Source: Akkermansia sp.
Lineage (GTDB): Bacteria; Verrucomicrobiota; Verrucomicrobiia; Verrucomicrobiales; Akkermansiaceae
Direction: 5' to 3'
Length of the DNA stretch: 64,000 bases
Assembly: GCA_044433085.1 (NCBI GenBank)
Contig: JAWXTZ010000001.1
Span: 53,918 to 117,917 of the forward strand
Positions within the stretch are counted from its first letter, which is position 1, and each line of letters starts with the position of its first letter. The notes beneath the pieces are model-generated. The model did no database searches. It saw only the letters and a program-made list of their open reading frames with translations, and was not told the DNA's origin. A program made the position numbers and the translations under genes. Positions 27,042 through 36,890 of the stretch are shown here, piece after piece.

Positions 27042-29399
27042 ATGATGCGATTCTTAGCCTCCCGATATCTAAGCCTTGTTCTGCTGCTTCTCTATGCCCT
27101 ATTATTGGCTCTTGCCACATGGCTAGAGAAGCTGCACGGCACCCAGCTGGCGCAGGATTTGGTGTATTTTTCCCCCTATTTCATCCTGCTGCAAGCTGGC
27201 ATTGCCCTCCATGTGCTTGCCATCCTTATCAGGGGGCATTATTGGCGGCAGAAACGCTATGGGATGCTGCTGATTCATGGCTCTATACTGGTCATTTTAG
27301 CAGGTGCCTTGGTGACGCATTTGATGGGGCAGGAGGGTATCATCCATTTGCGAGAAGGTCAGCAAAGTTCCAGCATGCTGCTGCGCAATGCGCCCGAGGG
27401 TTCCATCGAGCAGCTGCCCTTCAGCATCACGCTGCGCGATTTTGAGCTCAAACGCTACCCTGGGTCGGGCAGCCCCTCCTCCTACGAGAGCCATATCACC
27501 TTGCATCACGAAGGGCGCGAGCGCGAGCTGAGCATCTACATGAACAACACCTTGGATGTGGCGGGCTACCGACTCTTCCAAATGGAGTATGACCCTGATG
27601 AACGGGGCAGTTATTTGCTGGTGAACCAAGATGCGCTCGGTCGTCGCATCACCTACACGGGCTATGCCCTGCTTGGTTTGGGTTTGCTGATGGGGCTTTT
27701 CGCGCGTCAAGGTCGCGTGGGTCAATTATTTGCACGCCTGTCGCAAATGTCGCTCTTGGCGATGATGATTTTACCCAGCTTCACGCAAGCCTTGGATGCG
27801 CGGGAACTTGAAGCGGTACCACAGGAACAGGCCGCGGCCTTCGGACGCTTGGCCGTGCAGGATAACAAGGGGCGCATCATCCCCATGAACAGCTTTGCCT
27901 CGCAAGCCCTGCGCAAGCTCCACGGGTCAGAGGAAATTGGCGACATGAATCCCGAGCAATTTTTGCTCAGCCTGTGGCTGCACCCGCGCGAATGGCAGGA
28001 TATCCCGCTGTTCAGCTACAAACACCCCGATGTGCACGCGCGTTACAAATTGCCGCTCAAGCATGTTGCGGTCAATGACTTATTTGATGCTTCGGGTCGC
28101 TACATCTTGCGTGATGATGTGCAAGCCATCTATCAAAAGGAAGCGAACAAGCGCACGCTGTTGGATAAAGAGATTCTCAAGCTGGATGAAAAACTCAACA
28201 TCTGGCGGCAGTTGTACTCCGCCCAACTCATGAAGATTTTCCCCAACGAAGGCGATAGCCGCCAGCGTTGGTTCGCACCGGGTGATGATTTGAGCTCCTT
28301 CTACGGTGCTGCGCAGAGCTTTGTGTCACGCGTCTTCCCCGCCTACTTGGCTGAATTGCAGGCTGGGGATAGCAAAAAAGCGCAGGATATGCTGGATTTG
28401 ATAGCTAGTTATCAATCCGCCATCGGCGTGAGCTCTGGCTACAATCGCGAGAAGCTCGATGCAGAGATTCGCTACAACAGCTACCGCATCTTCCCCCGCT
28501 GCAAGCTGGCTTACTTCATCACGGGCGGGGTGCTCTTCCTCTTATCCCTGCTGCGATTCTTTAGCAAAGCGCGCTGGATTCGCTGGGTGCAAGTCGGCTT
28601 TGTCACCGCAGCTCTGCTGGCACTTGCCGCCCAGAGCTATGGCATTGGGCTGCGTTGGTACATTGCGGGGCATGCCCCTTGGAGCAGTTCCTACGAAAGC
28701 ATGGTCTACATCGGCTGGGTCAGTGCCCTGATTGGGATTTTGGTGTCGAAGCGATCCTCCTTTGTGGGCAGCTTATCGCTCATCTTTGCAGGGGTGATTC
28801 TCTTTGTATCGGGCTTGCAGTGGATGGACCCCGAGATCAGCCCCTTGGTGCCCGTGCTCAAATCCGCGTGGTTGATGTTTCATGTCGCGGTCATCGTTGC
28901 CGCCTACGGCTTCTTTGGCATTGCCGCCCTGATTGGCATGAGCAACCTCTTGCTCATGATTTTGCGCGGCAAAAAAGCCCATGCGCAACTCGACCACGGC
29001 ATCCAAGAGTTGAGCATCATCAACGAGCTTTTGCTTTGGTTTGGGCTTGCCCTCATGGCCGTCGGTAGCTACCTTGGTGCCATCTGGGCCAACGAATCGT
29101 GGGGTCGCTACTGGGGCTGGGACCCCAAGGAAACATGGGCACTCATCACCATCATCACCTACATTGGGGTGACCCACCTCTCCTTCATGAAGAAGATTTA
29201 CTCACTGTGGCTCTTCAACTTCCTTTCACTTGCCGCGATGCTTGTGGTGCTCATGACCTACTTCGGGGTCAATTACTTCCTCAGCGGCATGCACGCCTAC
29301 GGCTCCACGCAGTTGTCGGAGTCCGCGTTCATGAGCATAGGCGTTGGCATTGTTGCCTTGCTGCTTATTGGTGCGTTAGCACGTTTGCGGTCAAAGTAA
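27042..29399 (+). CDS. ccsA: Cytochrome c synthase CcsBA (fused ResB/ResC, system II)
   Basis: ResB-like N-half (H..I..IL.GA, YMNN.L...GYRLFQ); W.MFHV, GAIWANESWGRYWGWDPKETW (WWD domain), GVNYFLSGMHAY. Confidence 0.93.
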   Translation: MMRFLASRYLSLVLLLLYALLLALATWLEKLHGTQLAQDLVYFSPYFILLQAGIALHVLAILIRGHYWRQKRYGMLLIHGSILVILAGALVTHLMGQEGIIHLREGQQSSSMLLRNAPEGSIEQLPFSITLRDFELKRYPGSGSPSSYESHITLHHEGRERELSIYMNNTLDVAGYRLFQMEYDPDERGSYLLVNQDALGRRITYTGYALLGLGLLMGLFARQGRVGQLFARLSQMSLLAMMILPSFTQALDARELEAVPQEQAAAFGRLAVQDNKGRIIPMNSFASQALRKLHGSEEIGDMNPEQFLLSLWLHPREWQDIPLFSYKHPDVHARYKLPLKHVAVNDLFDASGRYILRDDVQAIYQKEANKRTLLDKEILKLDEKLNIWRQLYSAQLMKIFPNEGDSRQRWFAPGDDLSSFYGAAQSFVSRVFPAYLAELQAGDSKKAQDMLDLIASYQSAIGVSSGYNREKLDAEIRYNSYRIFPRCKLAYFITGGVLFLLSLLRFFSKARWIRWVQVGFVTAALLALAAQSYGIGLRWYIAGHAPWSSSYESMVYIGWVSALIGILVSKRSSFVGSLSLIFAGVILFVSGLQWMDPEISPLVPVLKSAWLMFHVAVIVAAYGFFGIAALIGMSNLLLMILRGKKAHAQLDHGIQELSIINELLLWFGLALMAVGSYLGAIWANESWGRYWGWDPKETWALITIITYIGVTHLSFMKKIYSLWLFNFLSLAAMLVVLMTYFGVNYFLSGMHAYGSTQLSESAFMSIGVGIVALLLIGALARLRSK

Positions 29400-30516
29400 T
29401 GCACTCCATCTCAATCAACCATGTTGGGCGACAGACGGGAGCTAATACGATGGTTTTAGGTGTGTCGGGGAAGCGTTCTTCAAACATGCTAGCGATGAGC
29501 TCGTAGTCTGACATGTCACGCAGGTAGACAATCATGTGCATGCTGTCCTTCATGCTGGCACCAGCTTCGTCAAGCAGGGCATCAACGTTTTCCCACATGC
29601 GTTGGCATTGGGCTTTGATGTCGCCCACGTGGACAACTTCCCCCAAATGGTCGATACTTGCTGTGCCGGAGATGTAGCAAGCGGTGCGGTCATCGAGATG
29701 AACGGCCGTTCCGCGCTCAAAGCGCACCCCGTATTCGCTGGTGCGGTTGAGTTTATCGAGGGCGTAGAGGAATTGAATTTGCTCAGGCGCTGCACCCAGC
29801 AGCGAATAGCTGTCGAGCTGGACGAGGGCGTTGAAGTCGGCACTGCGTCCTTGAATGCCTGTGCTACTGATGAAGTGGGTGTCACTCGTGAGATTTTTGA
29901 CATCAAAGTGCTCATTGCGCCCCGTGACGACGCCAGCGTAGTTGACATCGACATTCTGCACGAAGAGCCAAGTGCGGATGGAGTTGTCGTACAGGCTGCC
30001 GCTGCGGGCTTCCAGCTGCTTGCTGTAGTCTTCAAAGAGCTCGCGGCATTGTGTGTGGGCATCACCCTGCGTTTTGCGTGCTGAAGCCGTCCAGAGATGC
30101 TGGTACTTGCCCTGCTGGCAGCAAAGCACACCATCATCCGGCATCTTGCGTTCGATGCCACTTTGGAAGTAAAGCAGGATGCTGACGCGCGTCCCATCGA
30201 GCGGTGGCTGCTCGATGATGGAGAGTGCCCCGCAGTCATCGGGCAATTCCGCGCGGGCGATGGCCTCTTGATTGGCGGAGTCGCTCAGGAAGATGCGCGT
30301 GAAGACGGGCTGAGCCGTGGGTTCATCGAGCAGGAATTGCTGCCAAGCATCCCGAAGGCTGCATAATTGCTGGAGGAAGCTGCCGCCCGTCTGGGTGACG
30401 TGTAGCTGCAGCATCCATTCCTGAACGGGGGAAGAGTCGATGGCAAAGTGCGCCGCTTCAACGCGGCATTGCTCGTAAGCTGCTTTACCTGTAAGGATGG
30501 AGTGGGTTAATGTCAT
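29365..30516 (-). CDS. Multi-domain Rid/YjgF-fold protein (FkbO/Hyg5 chorismatase-like)
   Basis: IRTWLFV..VD.NY, STGIQG, FERGT, YISGTASID..G.VVH.GD, APVCRP.WLIEMEC; 35-bp convergent overlap with ccsBA. Confidence 0.75.
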   Translation of the reverse strand: MTLTHSILTGKAAYEQCRVEAAHFAIDSSPVQEWMLQLHVTQTGGSFLQQLCSLRDAWQQFLLDEPTAQPVFTRIFLSDSANQEAIARAELPDDCGALSIIEQPPLDGTRVSILLYFQSGIERKMPDDGVLCCQQGKYQHLWTASARKTQGDAHTQCRELFEDYSKQLEARSGSLYDNSIRTWLFVQNVDVNYAGVVTGRNEHFDVKNLTSDTHFISSTGIQGRSADFNALVQLDSYSLLGAAPEQIQFLYALDKLNRTSEYGVRFERGTAVHLDDRTACYISGTASIDHLGEVVHVGDIKAQCQRMWENVDALLDEAGASMKDSMHMIVYLRDMSDYELIASMFEERFPDTPKTIVLAPVCRPTWLIEMECITLTANVLTHQ

Positions 30517-30527
30517 GCTGTTTTGTT

Positions 30528-32186
30528 TTAAATGGCCTTGATGAATTTGATGAGGGCTTCACGATCCTCCACTGGGAGGTGACGGAAGCGTTCTCGGGCA
30601 AATTCTGATTCGCCAAAGTGCCACAGGATGGCCTCTTCAAAGTCGCGTGCACGCAGGTCATGGAACATGTCTGTGTGGTCGGCTGTCTTGATCATCAGTC
30701 CACGACCCCAGAGTGGTGGCGTACGGTAGGTGAGCCCGATACCTCGGTTCTCTTCGCCCATGTCATGTTGAAGCATGTCGGTGTAGGGGCGGATGATTTG
30801 GTTGGCGTAGGCGGGCATGTGGGGGTATTCGCCTGTCTTCCACTCTGGCTTATGGCAGCTGGCGCAGCCGATGTCGTTGAAGATTTTGCGTCCGCGTTGC
30901 ACCTCGGGGTCTTCCAGATTGCGTGCTGCTGGTGCCGCAAGACCACGGTGCCAAACCATGAAGTCCTCCATGTCGGTCTGTTTGACCTCGACAGCTTGTT
31001 TTTCTGTTAAGGAGCTGACGTCGATGCCCATTTCCTTTTGCTTATCAAGCCATTCTTGGGTCATGTAGAGCTCTGGGCGGTCTTCGCGGGTCAGGTTCGT
31101 GGTATTCCACAGACCATTGACACCTGGGCCATTACCAAGTGTTGCACGACCACAGTGCCAGTCAAACTTGCCGAGGCGCTTTTCACCGCTGTAGGGCTCG
31201 TAAATCCATTCACCAGCTTTGCCTTTGACGGGGCCTTGGATGGATGCTTGTCGCTTTTCTTCGGCGATAATGTCTTCGTCTTTAATCGCATCAAGCAGAC
31301 CCGTGCCGTAAATGCCGATGGTGGATTCCAAGGAGACACGGTAGTCCTTAGGCAGCGGAATCAGCGGTTCAACGATGTCAGCTGTTGGGTAAATGAGCGT
31401 GCCCTCTGTCTTTTTGCCATGATTATAGGGGGTGCCATCAGGGTACTTGTTGTCGTACTTATCCGTAAATTGATTCCACGTAATGGTGACATCTTTCGCA
31501 TAGGGCTTGAAGGGCGCTACGGCATGGAGTTGCAGCATCTTGGTGTAGCCTTTGACGGGGGAACCATCGGGGTTATGAACAAAGGCGAGGTAGCCGTTGC
31601 CGTATTCTTCTTTAAATCGATCGGTTCGGCGAGCACGCCCATAACCGGGGTGGCAAGAGATGCAAGAAGATTTGATGTAGGTGGGTCCCAGTCCTCCAAA
31701 GGGAACATGGGGGTCAGCAACATAAATCCCTTCAAAAATGGCTTCACCCAAAAGGAACTGATCTTCTAAGCCCGCCTCAATAACAGCGGGGCTGGGTTGC
31801 TCCATCGCCTTGGATGATTTGTTGAAACTGGTGCCCATCAGACCGCCAGCGTAATAAGCAGGACCCTTTTTACCGTCTGCCGTGCGCAGTGCTGGCGGGC
31901 TTAAATCAATATCGTTATTGATGTGGCAAGCAATGCAGCTAGCGGTGATCGATTCAGGCTTGATATCAGAGAAACTCACCTTGCTTGCATCCTTGGGGCT
32001 TTTAAGAGCAGCCTTGGGGATGGGTATATGAAAGGACTTACCATCCTCTCCAATGGTTGAGGCAGGGACAAATGATGGGACAGAAACATCGTTTTTATTG
32101 TCAGCCTTACTTTCAGAAAAATAGAGGGCTGAAGTCGCAACGAGGGCAAGGGCGGCTCCAGAGGTGTAATAGACAAAGGGGTTCAT
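30528..32186 (-). CDS. Di-heme oxidoreductase (DHOR) family protein with three CxxCH motifs
   Basis: GLGP...SCISCH, G.GLLDAI, GCASCH, PYTDM.QHDMG, RTPPLWG, HD.RAR..EEAILWH.GE; extra CIACH near the N-terminus. Confidence 0.88.
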   Translation of the reverse strand: MNPFVYYTSGAALALVATSALYFSESKADNKNDVSVPSFVPASTIGEDGKSFHIPIPKAALKSPKDASKVSFSDIKPESITASCIACHINNDIDLSPPALRTADGKKGPAYYAGGLMGTSFNKSSKAMEQPSPAVIEAGLEDQFLLGEAIFEGIYVADPHVPFGGLGPTYIKSSCISCHPGYGRARRTDRFKEEYGNGYLAFVHNPDGSPVKGYTKMLQLHAVAPFKPYAKDVTITWNQFTDKYDNKYPDGTPYNHGKKTEGTLIYPTADIVEPLIPLPKDYRVSLESTIGIYGTGLLDAIKDEDIIAEEKRQASIQGPVKGKAGEWIYEPYSGEKRLGKFDWHCGRATLGNGPGVNGLWNTTNLTREDRPELYMTQEWLDKQKEMGIDVSSLTEKQAVEVKQTDMEDFMVWHRGLAAPAARNLEDPEVQRGRKIFNDIGCASCHKPEWKTGEYPHMPAYANQIIRPYTDMLQHDMGEENRGIGLTYRTPPLWGRGLMIKTADHTDMFHDLRARDFEEAILWHFGESEFARERFRHLPVEDREALIKFIKAI

Positions 32187-32235
32187 GATAGGTATGGACA
32201 AATGACTGTCGAGGGGAGTTTCGTGTAGCATAAGG

Positions 32236-32264
32236 GCTTGCAGGGCACTCCAGACCCTGCAAGC
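32236..32264. other. Intercistronic hairpin between the imelysin and DHOR genes
   Basis: GCTTGCAGGG-loop-CCCTGCAAGC. Confidence 0.55.
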
Positions 32265-32299
32265 AATGTTATAAAAATAGGTGTTACGAGAGTCCTATT

Positions 32300-33403
32300 T
32301 TATTCACCAACAAGTGTTTCTTGCACTTCTTCGATGTTTTCGCAGAGCTCTTCACAAGCAGCGATAACAGCCTTGAATGCAGCCTTGTTGGAGAGGCTGA
32401 GTTCGACAGGAGCACCAAAGGCGTCCATGCACTTGAAGACCTTAGCAAAGGATGCCTTGACCTTAGCGTCGAGGGCTGGGTTCTTAGCGGCAACAAGTGC
32501 GGAGAAGCTGTTGCCCTTGGCATCAACACCCATGTAGGTGTTTTGAACGCTGATGATGTTAGCGCGTGTGTTATCAAGGGAACGGTAGCTGTACCAGGAT
32601 TCAAAGAGTTTCTTGTCTTGTGCTTCAAATGGTTCACCGAACTTAGGTCCAGCCAATTCGGTCACGATGTCAACGCAACCAACGATGATTTCTTCGATAG
32701 CGTCTTCTTGTGAGTCGTAGCGGCTTCCCTTTTGACCTGCATTAGCGATTTCGGAAGCATAGTTGCCGTCCTTTTCGATTTCACCAGCTTCAAGGATGGC
32801 CTTCTTTGCGCTAGAAACGCTGTCCAAACCGTTCCAGAGAACTTCCAATTGGATGCAGTCTTCAGCGACAACTGTTGCAACAGCTGCGAGGTAGGCGATT
32901 TCACCCTTGCTCATGTTAGCAACGGCACGTGCTTTACCATCTCGGAACATGAGGTATTCAGCAGCGTGGAAACCGCGCATGGATGCGCCGAGGTAGTCAC
33001 GTACGTAGGCTGCGTCAACTTCAATCTTGCCTTCAGCAACAACAGCGAGCAGGCTGTCGAGTTGAACTTGGTCGAGTGGCCAGGAGTCAAGCTTTGGGTC
33101 AAGGCTTGCAAATTCTGCAGGGCCGTAGAGGAAACCTTCGCTTTGTTCCCAAGCAGTCGTGGTCTTCTTCCATGCTTCGATTGCCTTGGCAAGGTTAGCA
33201 TCGGATGGGGATGCTTGAAGCTTGTTTGCGGCTTTAGCAAATGCGACAGCGTTGGTGGCCATCGTGTTGTAGGTTGGGATGACGACGTTCTGCGTGTAGG
33301 CAGAGAGGACATCTTGGACCTTAGGAGCATCAGCGGAGAATGCTGGTGCGCTTGCGATTACGAACAAGCTTGCGAGGCTTGCAATTGTTTGTGTTGTTTT
33401 CAT
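32300..33403 (-). CDS. Imelysin-like iron-regulated protein (IrpA, peptidase M75 family)
   Basis: Signal peptide; VVIPTY, WEQSE.FL.GP, DSWP, GFHAAE (HxxE), ESWYS..S. Confidence 0.9.
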   Translation of the reverse strand: MKTTQTIASLASLFVIASAPAFSADAPKVQDVLSAYTQNVVIPTYNTMATNAVAFAKAANKLQASPSDANLAKAIEAWKKTTTAWEQSEGFLYGPAEFASLDPKLDSWPLDQVQLDSLLAVVAEGKIEVDAAYVRDYLGASMRGFHAAEYLMFRDGKARAVANMSKGEIAYLAAVATVVAEDCIQLEVLWNGLDSVSSAKKAILEAGEIEKDGNYASEIANAGQKGSRYDSQEDAIEEIIVGCVDIVTELAGPKFGEPFEAQDKKLFESWYSYRSLDNTRANIISVQNTYMGVDAKGNSFSALVAAKNPALDAKVKASFAKVFKCMDAFGAPVELSLSNKAAFKAVIAACEELCENIEEVQETLVGE

Positions 33404-33407
33404 GATT

Positions 33408-33423
33408 GTTAATCGGGGCTAAC
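33408..33423. promoter_or_regulatory. Palindromic operator (GTTAG-N6-CTAAC type) of the imelysin operon
   Basis: Minus strand GTTAGCCCCGATTAAC between promoter TTGCAA-17-TATAAC (33465-33437) and the ATG. Confidence 0.7.
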
Positions 33424-33591
33424 TATGGCGGAGATTGTTATACTCCTCTAATTTTATAATTGCAACTTTTATTTGGATTTTTTTTGTTTTTTGTCGCATA
33501 TTGTGCATGCTTGCTCTCTGTAAGTGCATGTAATAGGCGCTTTGTGTATTCGCTGGCTGGTTTGATGTTTTGCTCTTTATTGATTTAATGG

Positions 33592-33648
33592 TTGACAAAA
33601 GCCAGCGACTTGGGTACATTCTCTCTCAGTTAGTTAGTTTTAGCTAAT
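33592..33648 (+). promoter_or_regulatory. Promoter plus palindromic operator of the siderophore ABC operon
   Basis: TTGACA(33592)-17-TACATT(33615); GTTAGTTTTAGCTAAT at 33633-33648. Confidence 0.75.
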
Positions 33649-33662
33649 AGTTAAGGAATAGA

Positions 33663-35129
33663 ATGATGCTTTTAGGGATGTTACACGGACGTAGCTTGTT
33701 GCTATTTTTCTGCTTGATTTTATTTGAGTGCTTGAGCGATATGTCAATTTGGAGCCTTTTGTCTGGCGATGAAACTTCAATCGTGAATGAGGGCTTGGTT
33801 TGCTACCTCGATCAACTCGGGGCACTGGGTCGGTGCCAATATTTCGTAGGATTCCTCATCATTTTTTTGATTTGCTGGCTGTTGCAAGCCTGCCTTTGTT
33901 CTCGTCTGCGCTGTGAGCGATGGCAAGCGATTGCCCGATTAGCCGGTTTGGGATTTCTGATGTTGCTAGCGATTGGCATCATTCTTTTTGAAGGTCTTTC
34001 AGGTTTTTCTATTTGGCAAATCATGACATTGGGCGAATCCGCCCCTCGCGATTTGGTGATGTCTAATCTGCCCATGATTTGCGCGCTAGCAGTTAGTTTA
34101 GGGGCTTTGTCTCTGTTTGCTCTACTTATCAATGCGGCGAGTTCGGGACGACTTGTCAGTAAACAATCATCGGTTTACCTGCTGCGCTGCTTCCAGTGGG
34201 TGATTTTGATTCTAGGCGCTTTCTTCTCGCTCTTTGTCGGTGTGATTGAGCTTTCGGTTTGGGATGTATTCTCCTTAGACCCCTATCAGATTGACGTGCT
34301 GATGTTTAGTCGCTTGCCACGATTGATAAGTATTTTGGTGGCGGGTAGTAGCTTTGCTATGGCAGGTCTCATCATGCAGTGCATTACCTGCAATCGCTTT
34401 GTTTCTCCCACAACTGCGGGGACGATGGATTGGTGCCGCTTGGGCTTGGTTATGGTGATGCTTTGTGTGCCTGATGCCTCGCCCATGATGCGTATCTTCA
34501 TCGCCTTTGTCATCACATTGATTGGTACGTCGCTCTTCCTGACCTTAATCAATAAAATACCTCATCGCAACATCGTTATCGTTCCGCTCGTTGGTATGAT
34601 GTTGGGTGCGGCCGTCAGCGCAGTAGCTACATTCTTTGCCTATCAGTACGATATCGGGCAAAATGTCTCCTCGTGGTTACAGAGTAGCTTTGCATTGGTG
34701 ACGCAGGATGAAACGAGTTTGCTTTATTTGAGTATTCCCTTCATGATACTCGCCTATTTCTACTCGGACAAATTCACGATTGCAGGCATGGGGCGGGGGA
34801 TTGCCGTTACGCTGGGCTTAAATCATGATAGCATTGTTCGCGTGGGCTTAATGATTATTGCCATCATTACCTCTATTTCTATTGTGACGATTGGCAGCAT
34901 CCCCTTCATTGGCTTGATTGTTCCCAACTTAGTGAGCATGGTGCGTGGGGATTCGGTTAAAAATACCCTCTTTGATACTGTTTGGTTGGGGGCGATGCTG
35001 GTTCTCAGCTGCGATGTGGCATCACGCCTCATTTTTGCACCAGCTGAAATCCCTATTGGTATTATCCTTAGCGTGATTGGTAGTGTTATTTTCCTCTTGA
35101 TGCTTCTTAATAAAAAGTCCTATGCCTAA
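33663..35129 (+). CDS. Fe-siderophore ABC permease (CeuB/YclN/FatD type) with N-terminal extension
   Basis: SRLPRL, GLIMQ..T.NRFVSPTTAGT, FTIAGMG...A..LGLN, G.IPFIGLIVPN, EIPIG. Confidence 0.88.
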   Translation: MMLLGMLHGRSLLLFFCLILFECLSDMSIWSLLSGDETSIVNEGLVCYLDQLGALGRCQYFVGFLIIFLICWLLQACLCSRLRCERWQAIARLAGLGFLMLLAIGIILFEGLSGFSIWQIMTLGESAPRDLVMSNLPMICALAVSLGALSLFALLINAASSGRLVSKQSSVYLLRCFQWVILILGAFFSLFVGVIELSVWDVFSLDPYQIDVLMFSRLPRLISILVAGSSFAMAGLIMQCITCNRFVSPTTAGTMDWCRLGLVMVMLCVPDASPMMRIFIAFVITLIGTSLFLTLINKIPHRNIVIVPLVGMMLGAAVSAVATFFAYQYDIGQNVSSWLQSSFALVTQDETSLLYLSIPFMILAYFYSDKFTIAGMGRGIAVTLGLNHDSIVRVGLMIIAIITSISIVTIGSIPFIGLIVPNLVSMVRGDSVKNTLFDTVWLGAMLVLSCDVASRLIFAPAEIPIGIILSVIGSVIFLLMLLNKKSYA

Positions 35130-36099
35130 TTCATCCACACGGGCGAAGCCTCTTGCCGCCTTGCTTCTCTTCCTCTTTATTCTAGGACTAGCCTTAGCCT
35201 CGTATTACACCTTCGAGGGGTGCTGGTCATCGGCTTGGGATTGGCAGTATAATATCCCCCTGCGCCTCAAAACGATGGCTGCTATTATCTTGGTCAGCAT
35301 TGCTGTTGGAATGTCGTCACTTGTTTTTCAAACGATTACTAATAATTATATCTTAACGCCCAGCATCATGGGCTTGGATAACTTATACGTCTTTATCCAA
35401 ACGGTCGTCATCTACTTTTGGGGGAGCCATCAGCTCGTGATGATGAGCAGCACCAGCCAATTTTTGATGAGCTTGTGCCTCATGATTTTAGCATCGGTTG
35501 GCATATTCGTCTTCATGTTTAAGGGGATGGGTCACAGTATTTACTATGTGGTGCTCATCGGTATTGTCTTTGGCATTGCCTTTGATGGGATGTCAAACTT
35601 CATGCAGGTACTCATTGACCCAGACGAATACGCCATAGTCGAGGGTAAGATGTTTGCTCGTTTCGACTGCATCAACCTAGAATTGCTCGGCATGTCTGCG
35701 CTTATCATTGCCTTGACGAGTTTGTGGATTATCAAGGATTTTAAGAAGTATGATGTCTTGATTCTAGGACGCGCCAACTCCATCACGCTAGGTGTGAATT
35801 ACAAGCCGCTGATTTTGAAGACGCTAGTCGCTGTTTCTATCTTAACATCAGCCTCAACGGTCTTGGTTGGACCTGTCACCTTCCTCGGTATTCTTGTCGT
35901 GAGTTTGGCTCGACTTATCTTCCCGACTTATCGCCATTCCATTCTATCGCTCGGTACGATTTTAGTCAGTGCTTGTATTCTGATTTTTGGTATGTACCTG
36001 ACGCGTCTTATTGACCTTAAAGTGCCCCTCAGCGTGATGATTAATCTAGCTGGCGGTAGCTTCTTTATTTACCTCATTCTCAAATTTAAAAGAATATGA
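35122..36099 (+). CDS. Fe-siderophore ABC permease (CeuC/YclO/FatC type)
   Basis: FQTITNN.ILTPSIMG.D.LY, QVLIDP.E, LGR..SI.LGVNY, LVGPVTFLG. Confidence 0.92.
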   Translation: MPNSSTRAKPLAALLLFLFILGLALASYYTFEGCWSSAWDWQYNIPLRLKTMAAIILVSIAVGMSSLVFQTITNNYILTPSIMGLDNLYVFIQTVVIYFWGSHQLVMMSSTSQFLMSLCLMILASVGIFVFMFKGMGHSIYYVVLIGIVFGIAFDGMSNFMQVLIDPDEYAIVEGKMFARFDCINLELLGMSALIIALTSLWIIKDFKKYDVLILGRANSITLGVNYKPLILKTLVAVSILTSASTVLVGPVTFLGILVVSLARLIFPTYRHSILSLGTILVSACILIFGMYLTRLIDLKVPLSVMINLAGGSFFIYLILKFKRI

Positions 36100-36854
36100 T
36101 TCATCTCGACAAAGTCTCTAAGGCTTACAATGAAACGCTCGTCCTTGATGGCGTTGAGCTCACCCTGCCCACCAAGCAAGTCGTCGCCTTTATCGGCAGT
36201 AATGGGGCGGGTAAAAGTACCGTTCTTAACATCGTAAGCCGACTTCTGCCCGCTACAGCAGGCAAAGTTATCATTGATGACCAAGAATTGAAGCAGTGGG
36301 ATAACCGAGAACTCGCAAAACGCCTGACCATTTTAGGTCAAAGCCTGCACACCCCCGCACGCCTTACGGTTGAGGAACTGGTGAGATTCGGGCGTTACCC
36401 CCATTCTGGCGGTAAGCTGGGCGCTGACGATTTAGTGATAGTTCAGGAGGCCATGGATTACACAGGGATTGCACCATTGAAGCATCGCTATTTGGATGAA
36501 CTATCTGGTGGGCAGCGACAAATTGCCTACATTGCCATGGCGATTGCACAGGATACCGAATACATTCTGCTCGATGAGCCGCTCAATAACCTCGATATGA
36601 GTCGCTCGGTTAAAGTGATGCAGCTGCTGCAAATGCTCGTGCAAGAAAAGAATAAAACAATCTTCATCGTGATTCATGATATTAACTTTGTGTCCTTCTA
36701 TGCCGATTACGTCGTTGCCTTAAAGGATGGCGTCTTGAAACATCACGGGCAGGTGAACGAAATCATCAACTCCGATGTGTTGAAAGATATTTATGATATC
36801 GATATCGATATTTTGGACTATCAAGGAAAAAAGCTCTGTGTCTATTACCAATAA
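36096..36854 (+). CDS. Fe-siderophore ABC ATPase (CeuD/YclP type)
   Basis: GSNGAGKST, FGRYPHS, LSGGQRQ, AQDTEYILLDEPLNNLD, HDINF. Confidence 0.95.
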   Translation: MIHLDKVSKAYNETLVLDGVELTLPTKQVVAFIGSNGAGKSTVLNIVSRLLPATAGKVIIDDQELKQWDNRELAKRLTILGQSLHTPARLTVEELVRFGRYPHSGGKLGADDLVIVQEAMDYTGIAPLKHRYLDELSGGQRQIAYIAMAIAQDTEYILLDEPLNNLDMSRSVKVMQLLQMLVQEKNKTIFIVIHDINFVSFYADYVVALKDGVLKHHGQVNEIINSDVLKDIYDIDIDILDYQGKKLCVYYQ

Positions 36855-36890
36855 AAATCTCCTATTAATCAACCCAAACCAAACAAAACA

